Assembly (NCBI RefSeq): GCF_001997385.1
Contig: NZ_CP019633.1
Coordinates: forward strand, 930,001-962,000
DNA length: 32,000 nucleotides
Direction: 5' to 3'
Source: Sedimentisphaera cyanobacteriorum
GTDB taxonomy: Bacteria; Planctomycetota; Phycisphaerae; Sedimentisphaerales; Sedimentisphaeraceae
The first letter of the stretch is position 1. Each line of letters starts with the position of its first letter. This document shows, in pieces, positions 17,301-25,536 of this stretch. Under the pieces are notes generated by a model. The model was not told the DNA's origin. It saw only the letters and a list, made by a program, of their open reading frames with translations, and did not search any database. Position numbers and translations under genes: made by a program.

Positions 17301-20300
17301 TCAGTTTTTATCGAATCCAGCAGCGAAAAGACACTTTTCCCCCTCGAAACATTCAATTTTTGTACTATGCTGTTTATAAAAAGCCCAACAAGCTGTTCTG
17401 TTTGAGAATTAGGGCGATTTGCTATTGGAGAACCGATTATTATCTCATCTGTCTCAGAATGTTTTCTAAGCATAATTGAGTATGCAGTGAGAAGAAGCAT
17501 ATATTCAGTAACCGAATGCCTGCTGCAGAAATTATGAAACTCATCGCTTCTGTCTTTTCCAAAATTAAAATAATACCTTCTGCCCTCAAATGTCTGAGTT
17601 TCCGGTCTGGGTAAAGTGCAGTCGAGCTTTAATAGTCCTTTTATTCCATGAAGTTTGTCTATCCAAAATCTTTTCTGCGACTGAGCATCTTCAGAGCTCA
17701 GCCATTTCTGCAGCCATAGAGAATAATCGAAATATGAAATCTCCGGCCTGAATTTTTCTATGTCGCCGCCGATTAAAAGATTTTCGTAAATACCCTTCAA
17801 CTGCTTTTCAAAAACGCCGAGAGAGAAGCCGTCGAATACAGCATGATGAAAACCTGCAAGTAGGCTGTAAGTTTGAGAATCGTATTTGATAAGAGAAAAC
17901 CTGCAAACTTGGCCTTCCTTTAAGTCGAATCTGGAATCTCTAAACCCGCAGATAATCTCTTCAGATAAATCTTCAGCCTTATCATCCGGCATATTAGAAA
18001 GATCATGAAAAACATAATCAACTTGATGGTCTTTGCTTTCCTTTATGAGATACGAATCAGATATTTCAAACTTCAGCCTCAAACACTGCTGATATTCGAC
18101 AAGCTTTTTAACGGCAAGCTCAAGAAGCTCAACGTCTAACTCTCCTAATATCTCAAAATTGCATATAATACTGCAAATGTTAATTTCGGGCACAAACGAA
18201 TCCAAAAGCCACATGTGAATTTGTGAAGGAACAGCTGGAGATTCATTTAAATAAGTTGGTTCTATTTCTACAGACTGCTCATTAGATTTTGAGTCTGCCT
18301 TTTCTGCTAAAGAAGAAATATATGGAGATTTGAAAAAATCTGTGATATTTATATTTGTTCCGAATTTATGGTTAATCTTTGAAACAACCTTAAACGCCAT
18401 TAATGAATGACCGCCTGACTGGAAAAAATTGTCTTCCGATGAAAAGTTAGAATGCCCTAATATCTCAGACCAGATCTCAGCTATAGCCTTTTCTGTATTA
18501 CTTTTTATCGCCGGCTTATTCTCGCAGGATAATTCAAGGCTTTTTTCATACTCGTAAGCTTTATGTTTTAGCAATTCTCTGTCAATCTTGCCATTTGTAT
18601 TCATGGGGAAATCGTCTAGAGGTATGATATAAGCTGGTATCATATATTCCGGCAGGTTGTTAATCAACGTTTCCTTAAGCTTATCCTTATCAAAATTGCT
18701 CTGTTCATTTAACGTAACAAAACAGCAAAGTTTTTTTGCCCCCGCTGATTCTAAATCAACAGCAGCAGCCTGACTGACAAATTCATACTTCAGGGCAGCC
18801 TTTTCGATTTCACTCAGCTCGACCCTGAACCCGCGTATTTGTATTTGGAAGTCTTTCCTGCCTATATAGTCAATATTCCCGTCCGGCCTTCTTCTAACCA
18901 CATCCCCTGTTTTATACATCTTCAACCCGGGCACAAATGGGTCATCAAGAAAACGTTCTGCAGTTTGTTCGGGCAGATTAACATAACCTCTGCCCACACA
19001 GGGGCCGCTGATAAAAAGCTCACCCTCACAGCCTTCTTCTACGGGTTTTAAGCTTTCGTCCAGAATATAAGCAAAACTTCCCGGAACAGCTTTACCTATG
19101 TGCGGGAATTCACCGGACTCTTCTTTATGACCGATTATTCCTGAAGTGCTTGTAACACAGCATTCAGTTGGGCCATATTCATTGAAGAACGTAAAAGGCA
19201 AAGACCCAAGGGGGAATTTTTTGAGTCTGTCTCCTCCTGTTTTCATAATTCTGAGCGAGATATTATCCGGCCAGTTTTCAGAGATAACGATCTCTGCAAG
19301 AGGTGTTGTTACATCAGCAACAGTAATCTCATTCTCGCAAATCCATTTTATAAGTTTATTAGGGTTATAAACGGTATCCGCTTCAGCAATATGAACGCTG
19401 GCTCCACAAGATAAAGTTGGCCATATTTCTGCAATCGATGTATCAAAGCTAACCCTTGAGAGCTGGCTCATCCTGTCATTAGGTGTATAACTGTAAAAAT
19501 CATTTTCCCAGTCAACCAGATAGGCAAGGTTACGGTGCTCAATTTCAACGCCCTTAGGTCTGCCGGCAGAACCAGAGGTATAAATTGTATAGGCAAGAAA
19601 ATCAGGCGATAAAGAAACATTCAGCGGGTAATTATCAGAGTTCAAAAGCTTTTGGAGCTCAACGTCCAAAATCTGCTTTGTCTTTAGAGGAAATTCTGCT
19701 TCTGCGCAATTAAGAACAATATCAATATTTCCGTCTTCAAGTATGCAGCCAATTCTTTCATTAGGATATTTAACATCCAATGGAACAAAACATCCTCCTG
19801 CCTTCATAACTGAAAGACAGGAAACTATAAACTCAATACAGCTTGCCCCGTATATACCAACTTTGCATTCATTTTCCACACCTGAAATTTTTAGTTCATT
19901 GGCCAAAGCATCAGAAGCTTTCTCGAGCTGTTTGTACGTTAGAGAAGAATCGCCCTGCTCAACAGCAATTTTATTTGGGGTGTTTGATGAAAAAAGACTG
20001 ATCCTTTCAGGCACACTCTGGAAATTATAATTACGCTGAGAAGATTGAAGCGGTGCAAAAGAAATTAAATCAGAAACATAATTAACCCGGCCGGCAGTCA
20101 TCTTTTCTGCTGTATCAATAAAATCATCAGTTAAACCTTTAACAACTGATTCTGAAAACAAATCAGTGTTATACTCAAACCATCCCTTGATTATTCCTTT
20201 GGAATTTTCAAGGTTTAGGGTCAAATCTATCTTTGCGGTATGGTTGCCGATCTCATCAAGCTCAAGCTCCAAACCTGCAAAATTGATGTAAGGTATATGT

Positions 20301-23158
20301 GCATTCTGGAATATAAAATAATGCTGAAAAACAGGGTGCCTTGAATTATCCTTAGGCAGATTTAGAGTGGCCACCAGCTCTTCGAACGGGTATGTCTGAT
20401 TTTCAAATGCATCAAGTGTATCCGAATGCAATCTTTTAATGAGTTCATTGATTCCAGTTTTTTCAGCAAGATTGATCCTGTGCGTTATTGAATTAATGAA
20501 GAGGCCTATAATTTTATCGAGAGAAGGATCAGGCCTGTTTGAGATAGGAGAACCTATGACAATATCATCATCATTCGATTTATTTCTTAAAACAATTGCA
20601 TAAGCTAAAAGCAGAAATGGGTATTCAGTAGTCCCCAGAGACCTGCACAAATTTGTGATAAGCCCGCTTTGCTTTTCTGTTAATGAGAAGTATTCTCTAT
20701 CACCTTTGAAGGTTTGATAATCCGGTCTGCGGGTGACACAAGACAAATCTAATTTTCCGCTAATACCTTTAAGTTTATTCTTCCAGAATTTCAGCTGTTT
20801 GGCCGCTTCCCGGCCATCTAACCAGCTGTTAATCCAATCAGCATAATCGATATAATTTATTTCTGGGGGTGGAGGGAGAGTTTCATCTTCAGAAAGATAT
20901 GATATATAACATTCCTTTAAAAGCTTAACAAAAATCCCAACTGATGAACCATCTGCAATGCCATGATGAAACACAGAAACGAGCCTGTGGTTGTTAGTGC
21001 TTAGTTTTATGAGAAAAAATCTGCATACAGGCTCTGAATCCAGATTGAGGTCAATATTCCTGAATTCTTCAATTATTTCAGAAAGCTTGCTCTGAATCTG
21101 ATTTTCATTCAAATATGAAAGGTCTTTATAATCTAAACACTTCACGGGAGGCGTATCATCAGCAGAAATCATAAAATCATTAGAGTTCTGATCTAAATAA
21201 ACACTCATTCGGAGAGAATGCTGAGTTTCGATTATGTAATTAATAGTTTTTTCAAAAGCAGCCCTGTCCAGCAGTCCTTTTATCTTTACATCACAAACTA
21301 TATTGCATGCATTCAGATCGCCACTCAAAGAATCCAAAAGCCTCATGTGAATTTGTCCGGGGGTGGCGGGAGCTTTCTCAAGACCTTTGCTTTCAACCTC
21401 AATAACCGAGGCCTTATCAGACTTTTTCACAGCTTCAGTGAGAGACAAGACCGTTGGATTATCAAATATATCTTTTACTGATATGCTGCAGCCGAACTTT
21501 TCATTGATTCTTGAAGCAACCTTGAACGCTTTTAGGGAATGCCCGCCTGCATCAAAAAAATTTGTGTCTGCGGAAAAGTTATCATCGCCCAATACTTCTT
21601 CCCAAATTTCAAAAATCGCTTTCTCTTTATCAGAAAGTTCTTTTGGATCTGCATTTTCATTATTATCAGACAGATTGAAATATTCTCCTGAAGCCAAGGC
21701 TAAACGGTCAATCTTGCCGTTTAACGTCTTAGGAAGACTATCCAAAAATAAAATTTTTGAAGGCATCATATACGAAGGAAGATTCTCCGAGACAGCCTTC
21801 TTGAGTTTTTCCAAACATTTAGTATCCTTATCAGATGCTGCTGCAAAGGCAATGATCTTCTTCGATGCCTGGCCTTCCTGAAGAACAACTGCCGCCTCAG
21901 ATATATAAGGCTGCCTCAATATAACAGATTCGATTTCACCAAGCTCAATTCTAAAGCCTCTAATCTTGACCATCCGGTCTGTTCTGCCGTGAAATTCAAT
22001 GGTGCCGTCTTTGAGTTTTGCTCCAAGATCGCCTGTTTTATACATTTTATTTTTTGAGCTTTTGGAAAACTTATCCGGCAGAAATTTTGCTTTCGTGAGC
22101 TCAGGATCATTTAAATAACCTCTACCAACTCCTTCTCCAGCTATATAGATCTCGCCAACCTGCCCTTCTTTCACAGGGTTTAGATTTTCATCGAGGATAT
22201 AAACCCTCGCACCGGAAATAGGCACGCCGATATTGGGGGATATATTTTCGCTTTTTTCATGAGTTATTTCAGCATAGGTTGAAACTACCGTGCATTCGCT
22301 CGGGCCGTAATGATCGAACATTTTGAAAGGTGCATCGGGCTTTGGCGCCTTGCGAAGCGCATCTCCGCCGCTGAAAAGGTATTTCAGACGGCATCCTTCC
22401 GGCCAATCCAAATCTAAACAGCTCTCAGCTAAAGGTGTCGGCATAAAACAGGTATCCAAATTATTTTCTGTTACCCATTCTACTAATTTTTGAGGCTCAT
22501 ACAAAAGCTCTTCAGGGGGGATTGATATTGACCCGCCCGAAGCGAGATATGGCCATATCTCAAACAGCGATGCATCAAATGATGGTCTGGCGACCCAGCT
22601 AGTTTTAGTTCCTGCCTTGAAATTATAAGCAACAACCATCCAGTTAATAAAATTAGCAAGGCATCTGTGAGGTATAACAGTGCCTTTGGGCTCGCCTGTA
22701 GAACCGCTTGTGAATATTACATAGGCCAAATTTTCATCTGAGATTGCATTATCATCTCTTAGAGGCCTGCTTTCTTTGATACTGTCTGTTTCAACATCGA
22801 TAATTTCAGGACATACAGAAGACTGTAAAGGAGATATGTCAGGCTGAGAAAATACAAGCCTAATATCTGCATCTCTTATTATCATATCAAGACGGGCTTG
22901 AGGGAGCTTGGAATCTAATGACACATAAATGCAGCCGGCTTTCATAATGCCAAGTGCAGAGGCAATGAACTCAATACTTCTTGAAGTATAGATTCCGACA
23001 ATCTGGCCGGCAAGACCTTTATCCTCAATTATCTTGGCTATATTTTCAGATGCATTGTCAAGCTGACGGTAGTTCAGGGCTTGCTCACCCTGAATTAGAA
23101 CTGTGAGTTCAGGCGTTGCCTGTGCCTGCTCGAGGAACATATCGACAATATTATTCAT
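14318..23158 (-). CDS. Non-ribosomal peptide synthetase, three modules: A-T-C-A-T-C-A-T-TE
   Basis: 2946 aa. Domains were mapped by hand (aa, then nt on the minus strand).
- A1 1-490 (23158-21689): LNYRQL, YVIFTSGSTGEPKG, YKTGD, GRTDRMVKIRGFRIELGEIE, NGKIDR.
- T1 508-580 (21637-21419): FFDAGGHSL, Ser541 codon 21536-21538.
- C1 593-1025 (21382-20084): HHGIADG at 20968-20948.
- A2 1045-1530 (20026-18569): YTIYTSGSAGRPKG, NGKIDR.
- T2 1553-1625 (18502-18284): FFQSGGHSL.
- C2 1635-2065 (18256-16964): HHAVFDG at 17848-17828.
- A3 2090-2575 (16891-15434): YVIYTSGSTGRPKG, NGKTDR.
- T3 2598-2670 (15367-15149): FFDLGGHSL.
- TE 2685-2946 (15106-14321): GWCFGG.
I saw no E, MT, Cy, R or starter-C domain. 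Confidence 0.95.
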   Translation of the reverse strand: MNNIVDMFLEQAQATPELTVLIQGEQALNYRQLDNASENIAKIIEDKGLAGQIVGIYTSRSIEFIASALGIMKAGCIYVSLDSKLPQARLDMIIRDADIRLVFSQPDISPLQSSVCPEIIDVETDSIKESRPLRDDNAISDENLAYVIFTSGSTGEPKGTVIPHRCLANFINWMVVAYNFKAGTKTSWVARPSFDASLFEIWPYLASGGSISIPPEELLYEPQKLVEWVTENNLDTCFMPTPLAESCLDLDWPEGCRLKYLFSGGDALRKAPKPDAPFKMFDHYGPSECTVVSTYAEITHEKSENISPNIGVPISGARVYILDENLNPVKEGQVGEIYIAGEGVGRGYLNDPELTKAKFLPDKFSKSSKNKMYKTGDLGAKLKDGTIEFHGRTDRMVKIRGFRIELGEIESVILRQPYISEAAVVLQEGQASKKIIAFAAASDKDTKCLEKLKKAVSENLPSYMMPSKILFLDSLPKTLNGKIDRLALASGEYFNLSDNNENADPKELSDKEKAIFEIWEEVLGDDNFSADTNFFDAGGHSLKAFKVASRINEKFGCSISVKDIFDNPTVLSLTEAVKKSDKASVIEVESKGLEKAPATPGQIHMRLLDSLSGDLNACNIVCDVKIKGLLDRAAFEKTINYIIETQHSLRMSVYLDQNSNDFMISADDTPPVKCLDYKDLSYLNENQIQSKLSEIIEEFRNIDLNLDSEPVCRFFLIKLSTNNHRLVSVFHHGIADGSSVGIFVKLLKECYISYLSEDETLPPPPEINYIDYADWINSWLDGREAAKQLKFWKNKLKGISGKLDLSCVTRRPDYQTFKGDREYFSLTEKQSGLITNLCRSLGTTEYPFLLLAYAIVLRNKSNDDDIVIGSPISNRPDPSLDKIIGLFINSITHRINLAEKTGINELIKRLHSDTLDAFENQTYPFEELVATLNLPKDNSRHPVFQHYFIFQNAHIPYINFAGLELELDEIGNHTAKIDLTLNLENSKGIIKGWFEYNTDLFSESVVKGLTDDFIDTAEKMTAGRVNYVSDLISFAPLQSSQRNYNFQSVPERISLFSSNTPNKIAVEQGDSSLTYKQLEKASDALANELKISGVENECKVGIYGASCIEFIVSCLSVMKAGGCFVPLDVKYPNERIGCILEDGNIDIVLNCAEAEFPLKTKQILDVELQKLLNSDNYPLNVSLSPDFLAYTIYTSGSAGRPKGVEIEHRNLAYLVDWENDFYSYTPNDRMSQLSRVSFDTSIAEIWPTLSCGASVHIAEADTVYNPNKLIKWICENEITVADVTTPLAEIVISENWPDNISLRIMKTGGDRLKKFPLGSLPFTFFNEYGPTECCVTSTSGIIGHKEESGEFPHIGKAVPGSFAYILDESLKPVEEGCEGELFISGPCVGRGYVNLPEQTAERFLDDPFVPGLKMYKTGDVVRRRPDGNIDYIGRKDFQIQIRGFRVELSEIEKAALKYEFVSQAAAVDLESAGAKKLCCFVTLNEQSNFDKDKLKETLINNLPEYMIPAYIIPLDDFPMNTNGKIDRELLKHKAYEYEKSLELSCENKPAIKSNTEKAIAEIWSEILGHSNFSSEDNFFQSGGHSLMAFKVVSKINHKFGTNINITDFFKSPYISSLAEKADSKSNEQSVEIEPTYLNESPAVPSQIHMWLLDSFVPEINICSIICNFEILGELDVELLELAVKKLVEYQQCLRLKFEISDSYLIKESKDHQVDYVFHDLSNMPDDKAEDLSEEIICGFRDSRFDLKEGQVCRFSLIKYDSQTYSLLAGFHHAVFDGFSLGVFEKQLKGIYENLLIGGDIEKFRPEISYFDYSLWLQKWLSSEDAQSQKRFWIDKLHGIKGLLKLDCTLPRPETQTFEGRRYYFNFGKDRSDEFHNFCSRHSVTEYMLLLTAYSIMLRKHSETDEIIIGSPIANRPNSQTEQLVGLFINSIVQKLNVSRGKSVFSLLDSIKTDTVQAFTNQNYPFENLVQELNLVKYPSAHPVFQHLFSFQNAHTPESELGSCRIRVDDIGNNTAKVDLTLDLESRDGIIEGWFEYNTNIFNYSVISKLSNELLEITDKIIASPNSNLSDFLPSSTFENIENVSTEDSELEVPKSFVKYAELNPDKPAVCDYSHYLTYQELDKVTDLLASKLISAGVKADSRVAVLYDRGIEFTAAALAVLKAGGGYVPVDPDYPEERINYIIQNAQVSCVFASKNRHYEKLLEAVPFIDVDIEQLKNKERQKRICSDVSEESLAYVIYTSGSTGRPKGVEVERRSLKNLINWQVNFYKISLSDRASNLARTCFDTSVSEIWPYLMAGASVHIPPERIIFNIEKLIDWLCANRITICDMTTRLAELAVFENWPCDCSLKVLKTGGERLSKRPPEGLSFDLYNEYGPTECTVIATCGKVSPAGRNDELPDIGDVISGNKAHILGPDLKPAAKGGQGELCISGKSVARGYLGLEDETKEKFVQSPFNPAERMYRTGDIVCRKENGNLEFIHRKDSQIQVRGFRVEPGEIEKAVMEYAGVKEAAVAASDSSGSEKKLLLFAVPEKRQSFKEEDLRAYIRGKLPDYMQPAQIFTIDKIPLNQNGKTDRDALLKSAQEGLSQSEKAGSGIVMPRNPMEEVLRDIWVQLLERSDFGVYDNFFDLGGHSLMLIKMDSLLSERGLFVGIEKILQYPEIAGLAGFLDFKNAGGADSSEEKCLVELNKGSRQRLPVYFIHSLSGDVLGYANMVHHLGKDQPCYGFQSAGLSDLNKAHKTLPEMAEYYVNLLLDFQPEGPYLLLGWCFGGFIAYEMAQMLQDMGRKVGMLLMVDVPSMPPADINLPYYFDLAWNLASLGPVGMFKFIISYLKKHKQFESVEEIIGEHFSRQDDEIKNKYVSNREDVYKMNLNAARTHKIHKYDGDIILCTASEREHWLLRGAALGWKNFVNNVELKVIPGDHGFIIRKSKVLPAFIRGKIDQIIQAN

Positions 23159-23170
23159 TTTTGGCCGCTC

Positions 23171-23578
23171 TTACTTCGACAAAACAAAATTTATTTTGCC
23201 AGTTATTAAATAATACACAACTTTAAGCGCCTTCGCAGAAACTGTCCCTAAAATAATCCCCTTCAGGTCTGCATAGTAATCTGCGATGCAGTATTCTCTG
23301 CCGAAAAACTGCTGAGTATATTCATCAAGATAGCCCAATCCTGCAAGCAGGATGGCAATCATAAGGCTTATTAAAACACTTTTCCAGCTTGCAGCGCTGA
23401 AACTGAGATTATAAAGGAAAGCGAGCATAAAATACGCTGCAAAATGAACGGTTTTATCATTATAATTTCCCGCCTCGGGCAGCCAATCTGCCGGGATATG
23501 CGTAAGGAAAAAAAGTATAATCGTTGATACAACAGCAGCAAAAGCTGCATGATATTGAATTTTCAAAAGCATATTCAA
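23171..23578 (-). CDS. VanZ-like family integral membrane protein
   Basis: 135 aa with about 4 TM segments. VanZ-family motifs are NDKTVHFAAYFMLAFLY (DK..H...Y) and LDEYTQQFFGREYCIADYYADLKGIILG (DE..Q.f..gR....D...d..G). Its stop lies 12 nt before the NRPS ATG. Confidence 0.75.
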   Translation of the reverse strand: MNMLLKIQYHAAFAAVVSTIILFFLTHIPADWLPEAGNYNDKTVHFAAYFMLAFLYNLSFSAASWKSVLISLMIAILLAGLGYLDEYTQQFFGREYCIADYYADLKGIILGTVSAKALKVVYYLITGKINFVLSK

Positions 23579-23598
23579 ATTCTCAAATCAGACTACGT

Positions 23599-25536
23599 TC
23601 AATCAAGCATACTCTGTATTGCATCAACGAGCGTGTCTCTGTCAACAGGCTTGGAAACATACGAATTGAAACCCTTGGCAAGGAGGCTGTCTCTGTCTCC
23701 CTTCATTGCCTTAGCTGTCAGCGCAATAACGGGAACTTCAAGTCCTTTCTCTCGAAGTTTTCTGAATGCTGTTACGCCATCCATCTCAGGCATCATTATA
23801 TCCATAAGTATAACATCATAGCTTGAACTTTCCAGCATATCAAGGGCGACCCTGCCGTTCTCTGCACTTTCAACTTTATACAAATCCCCTATCATCATCT
23901 GCACCGTAATCCTGCCGAATTTGTTGTCTTCAACCAAAAGAACGCGAGGCATTTTTATCTCTGTGTCCTCACCCTTGGACTCTCCAAATTCTGCGTTTTG
24001 ATAAATATTCAGCGGCTCTGATGATTTATCGTATTCCTCTCCGGGCAGCTGATAGCCGCTTGAGTGTTTTGCTTTGATCTTATCTAAATTAGCCGGAACA
24101 TAAAACTTGAAAGTAGTGCCTTTGCCTACCTCACTTTCAGCATCAATGCCGCCGCCGAGAAGCTTAAGCAGCTTTTTGCATATTGCAAGACCAAGACCCG
24201 TTCCTGAATATTTTTTTGTAGTAGAGCTGTCAACCTGTTTGAACTCATCAAAAATGCCGTTCATATCTTCTTTGTCAATACCAATACCAGTATCTTCTAT
24301 CTCAAAGTTTAACATATCGCCGCTTAGAGAGCATCTAAGATATACTGTGCCTTGTTCAGTGAACTTAACAGCATTGCCGAGTATATTAAGAAGTACCTGA
24401 TTAACCTTCTGCTTATCAGAATAAATTAGATCGGGCACGGAGCTGCCGATCTCAAGAGCAACTTCCACCTCTTTATCGCCGACCATCCCCTTTGCCACAC
24501 TTCTCAGAGGCAAAAGCAGCTCCTGGGGATCAAAGATATCGTATTTTATGTCCCGCCTGCCCGCTTCAATCTTGGATAGGTCGAGTATGTCATTTATTAA
24601 AAGCAAAAGCCTCTGTCCGCTTTCGTTTATTATTTTAAGACCTTCAATCTGTTTCTCAGTAAGGTTGTCCAGATTGTATTTGGAAAGTGTTTGAGAAATC
24701 CCAATGATTGCATTCATTGGAGTTCGTATCTCATGGCTCATATTTGCAAGAAAATCGCTTTTTGCATGATTGGCTCTCTCAGCAGCTTCTTTTGCCCTGA
24801 GAAGTTCAGAGACATCCATAAGAGTTATGATATACCCGCTAAGTTCGTTCACTCCCTGAACTGCATTAAGCTTCACCTCATAAACCCGCTTGCCGATTTC
24901 GTAAGTGCAAGGTTCAGAGGGCTCATTACAAGGCTGAGTTTTCATCTTGTCTGCCACAAAAGTGCCAAAATCGCCGAGGTCTTTCAAATACTTGCCTACA
25001 ATCGAGCTTCTCTTAGTATTAAAACAGTCAGCAAAGCGTTTGTTTACTTCAACTATCTTTCCATCCTCACCTACAGATGCTATACCATCATTAATATTAG
25101 CAAATATCGCCTTGAGCTTAGCCGCTTCTTCACGAACCCTCTTTTCGACTTTGTTCCTCTCAATTGCGTAAAGTATGAACTGCGGGAGAGAGTGAATCAT
25201 CTGGTCGTTTTTAACGATATAGTCTGAGGCCCCGTTTTTTATGGATTCAAGGCCAATCTTGTCGTCATCAAGGCCTGTGAGCACAATGATCGGTATATCT
25301 TCAGAACTCTTTTTCACGCTCGTGAGCGTAGCAACCCCTTCACTGTCGGGAAGGCCAAGATCAGTAAGTACAAGGTTATAACTGTTATTTTGAATGAAAT
25401 CCAAACCGGTTTTGAGGTCCTCAGCAAAATCTGCCTTGAGCAGATATGAGTGCCTGGATTTTTTGAAAGACAGCTTTATAAGCGAACTGTCGTTTTTGTT
25501 GTCTTCGATAACTAAAATCCTATTTTGTTCACCCAT
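23599..25536 (-). CDS. Hybrid sensor histidine kinase/response regulator (REC-PAS-HisKA-HATPase_c-REC)
   Basis: The ORF opens TTG-ATG (25539/25536); I take the ATG at 25536, which shares 1 nt with the wzx-like TGA (TGATG). The N-terminal REC has [10 protein letters not shown]...[14 protein letters not shown]-like segment has [28 protein letters not shown]. The H-box is [14 protein letters not shown], the N-box [11 protein letters not shown], and the G-boxes EDTGIGI and [10 protein letters not shown]. The C-terminal REC has VLLVEDNKF...[13 protein letters not shown]...ALTAKA. Confidence 0.9.
   Translation of the reverse strand: MGEQNRILVIEDNKNDSSLIKLSFKKSRHSYLLKADFAEDLKTGLDFIQNNSYNLVLTDLGLPDSEGVATLTSVKKSSEDIPIIVLTGLDDDKIGLESIKNGASDYIVKNDQMIHSLPQFILYAIERNKVEKRVREEAAKLKAIFANINDGIASVGEDGKIVEVNKRFADCFNTKRSSIVGKYLKDLGDFGTFVADKMKTQPCNEPSEPCTYEIGKRVYEVKLNAVQGVNELSGYIITLMDVSELLRAKEAAERANHAKSDFLANMSHEIRTPMNAIIGISQTLSKYNLDNLTEKQIEGLKIINESGQRLLLLINDILDLSKIEAGRRDIKYDIFDPQELLLPLRSVAKGMVGDKEVEVALEIGSSVPDLIYSDKQKVNQVLLNILGNAVKFTEQGTVYLRCSLSGDMLNFEIEDTGIGIDKEDMNGIFDEFKQVDSSTTKKYSGTGLGLAICKKLLKLLGGGIDAESEVGKGTTFKFYVPANLDKIKAKHSSGYQLPGEEYDKSSEPLNIYQNAEFGESKGEDTEIKMPRVLLVEDNKFGRITVQMMIGDLYKVESAENGRVALDMLESSSYDVILMDIMMPEMDGVTAFRKLREKGLEVPVIALTAKAMKGDRDSLLAKGFNSYVSKPVDRDTLVDAIQSMLD

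Noticed and set aside
14948-25227. Plus-strand ORFs antisense to the NRPS and kinase genes (14948-15406, 21363-21881 and 24691-25227, plus smaller ones)
   Set aside because: All sit opposite strongly supported coding sequence, have no recognisable motifs or RBS, and are best explained as shadow ORFs.
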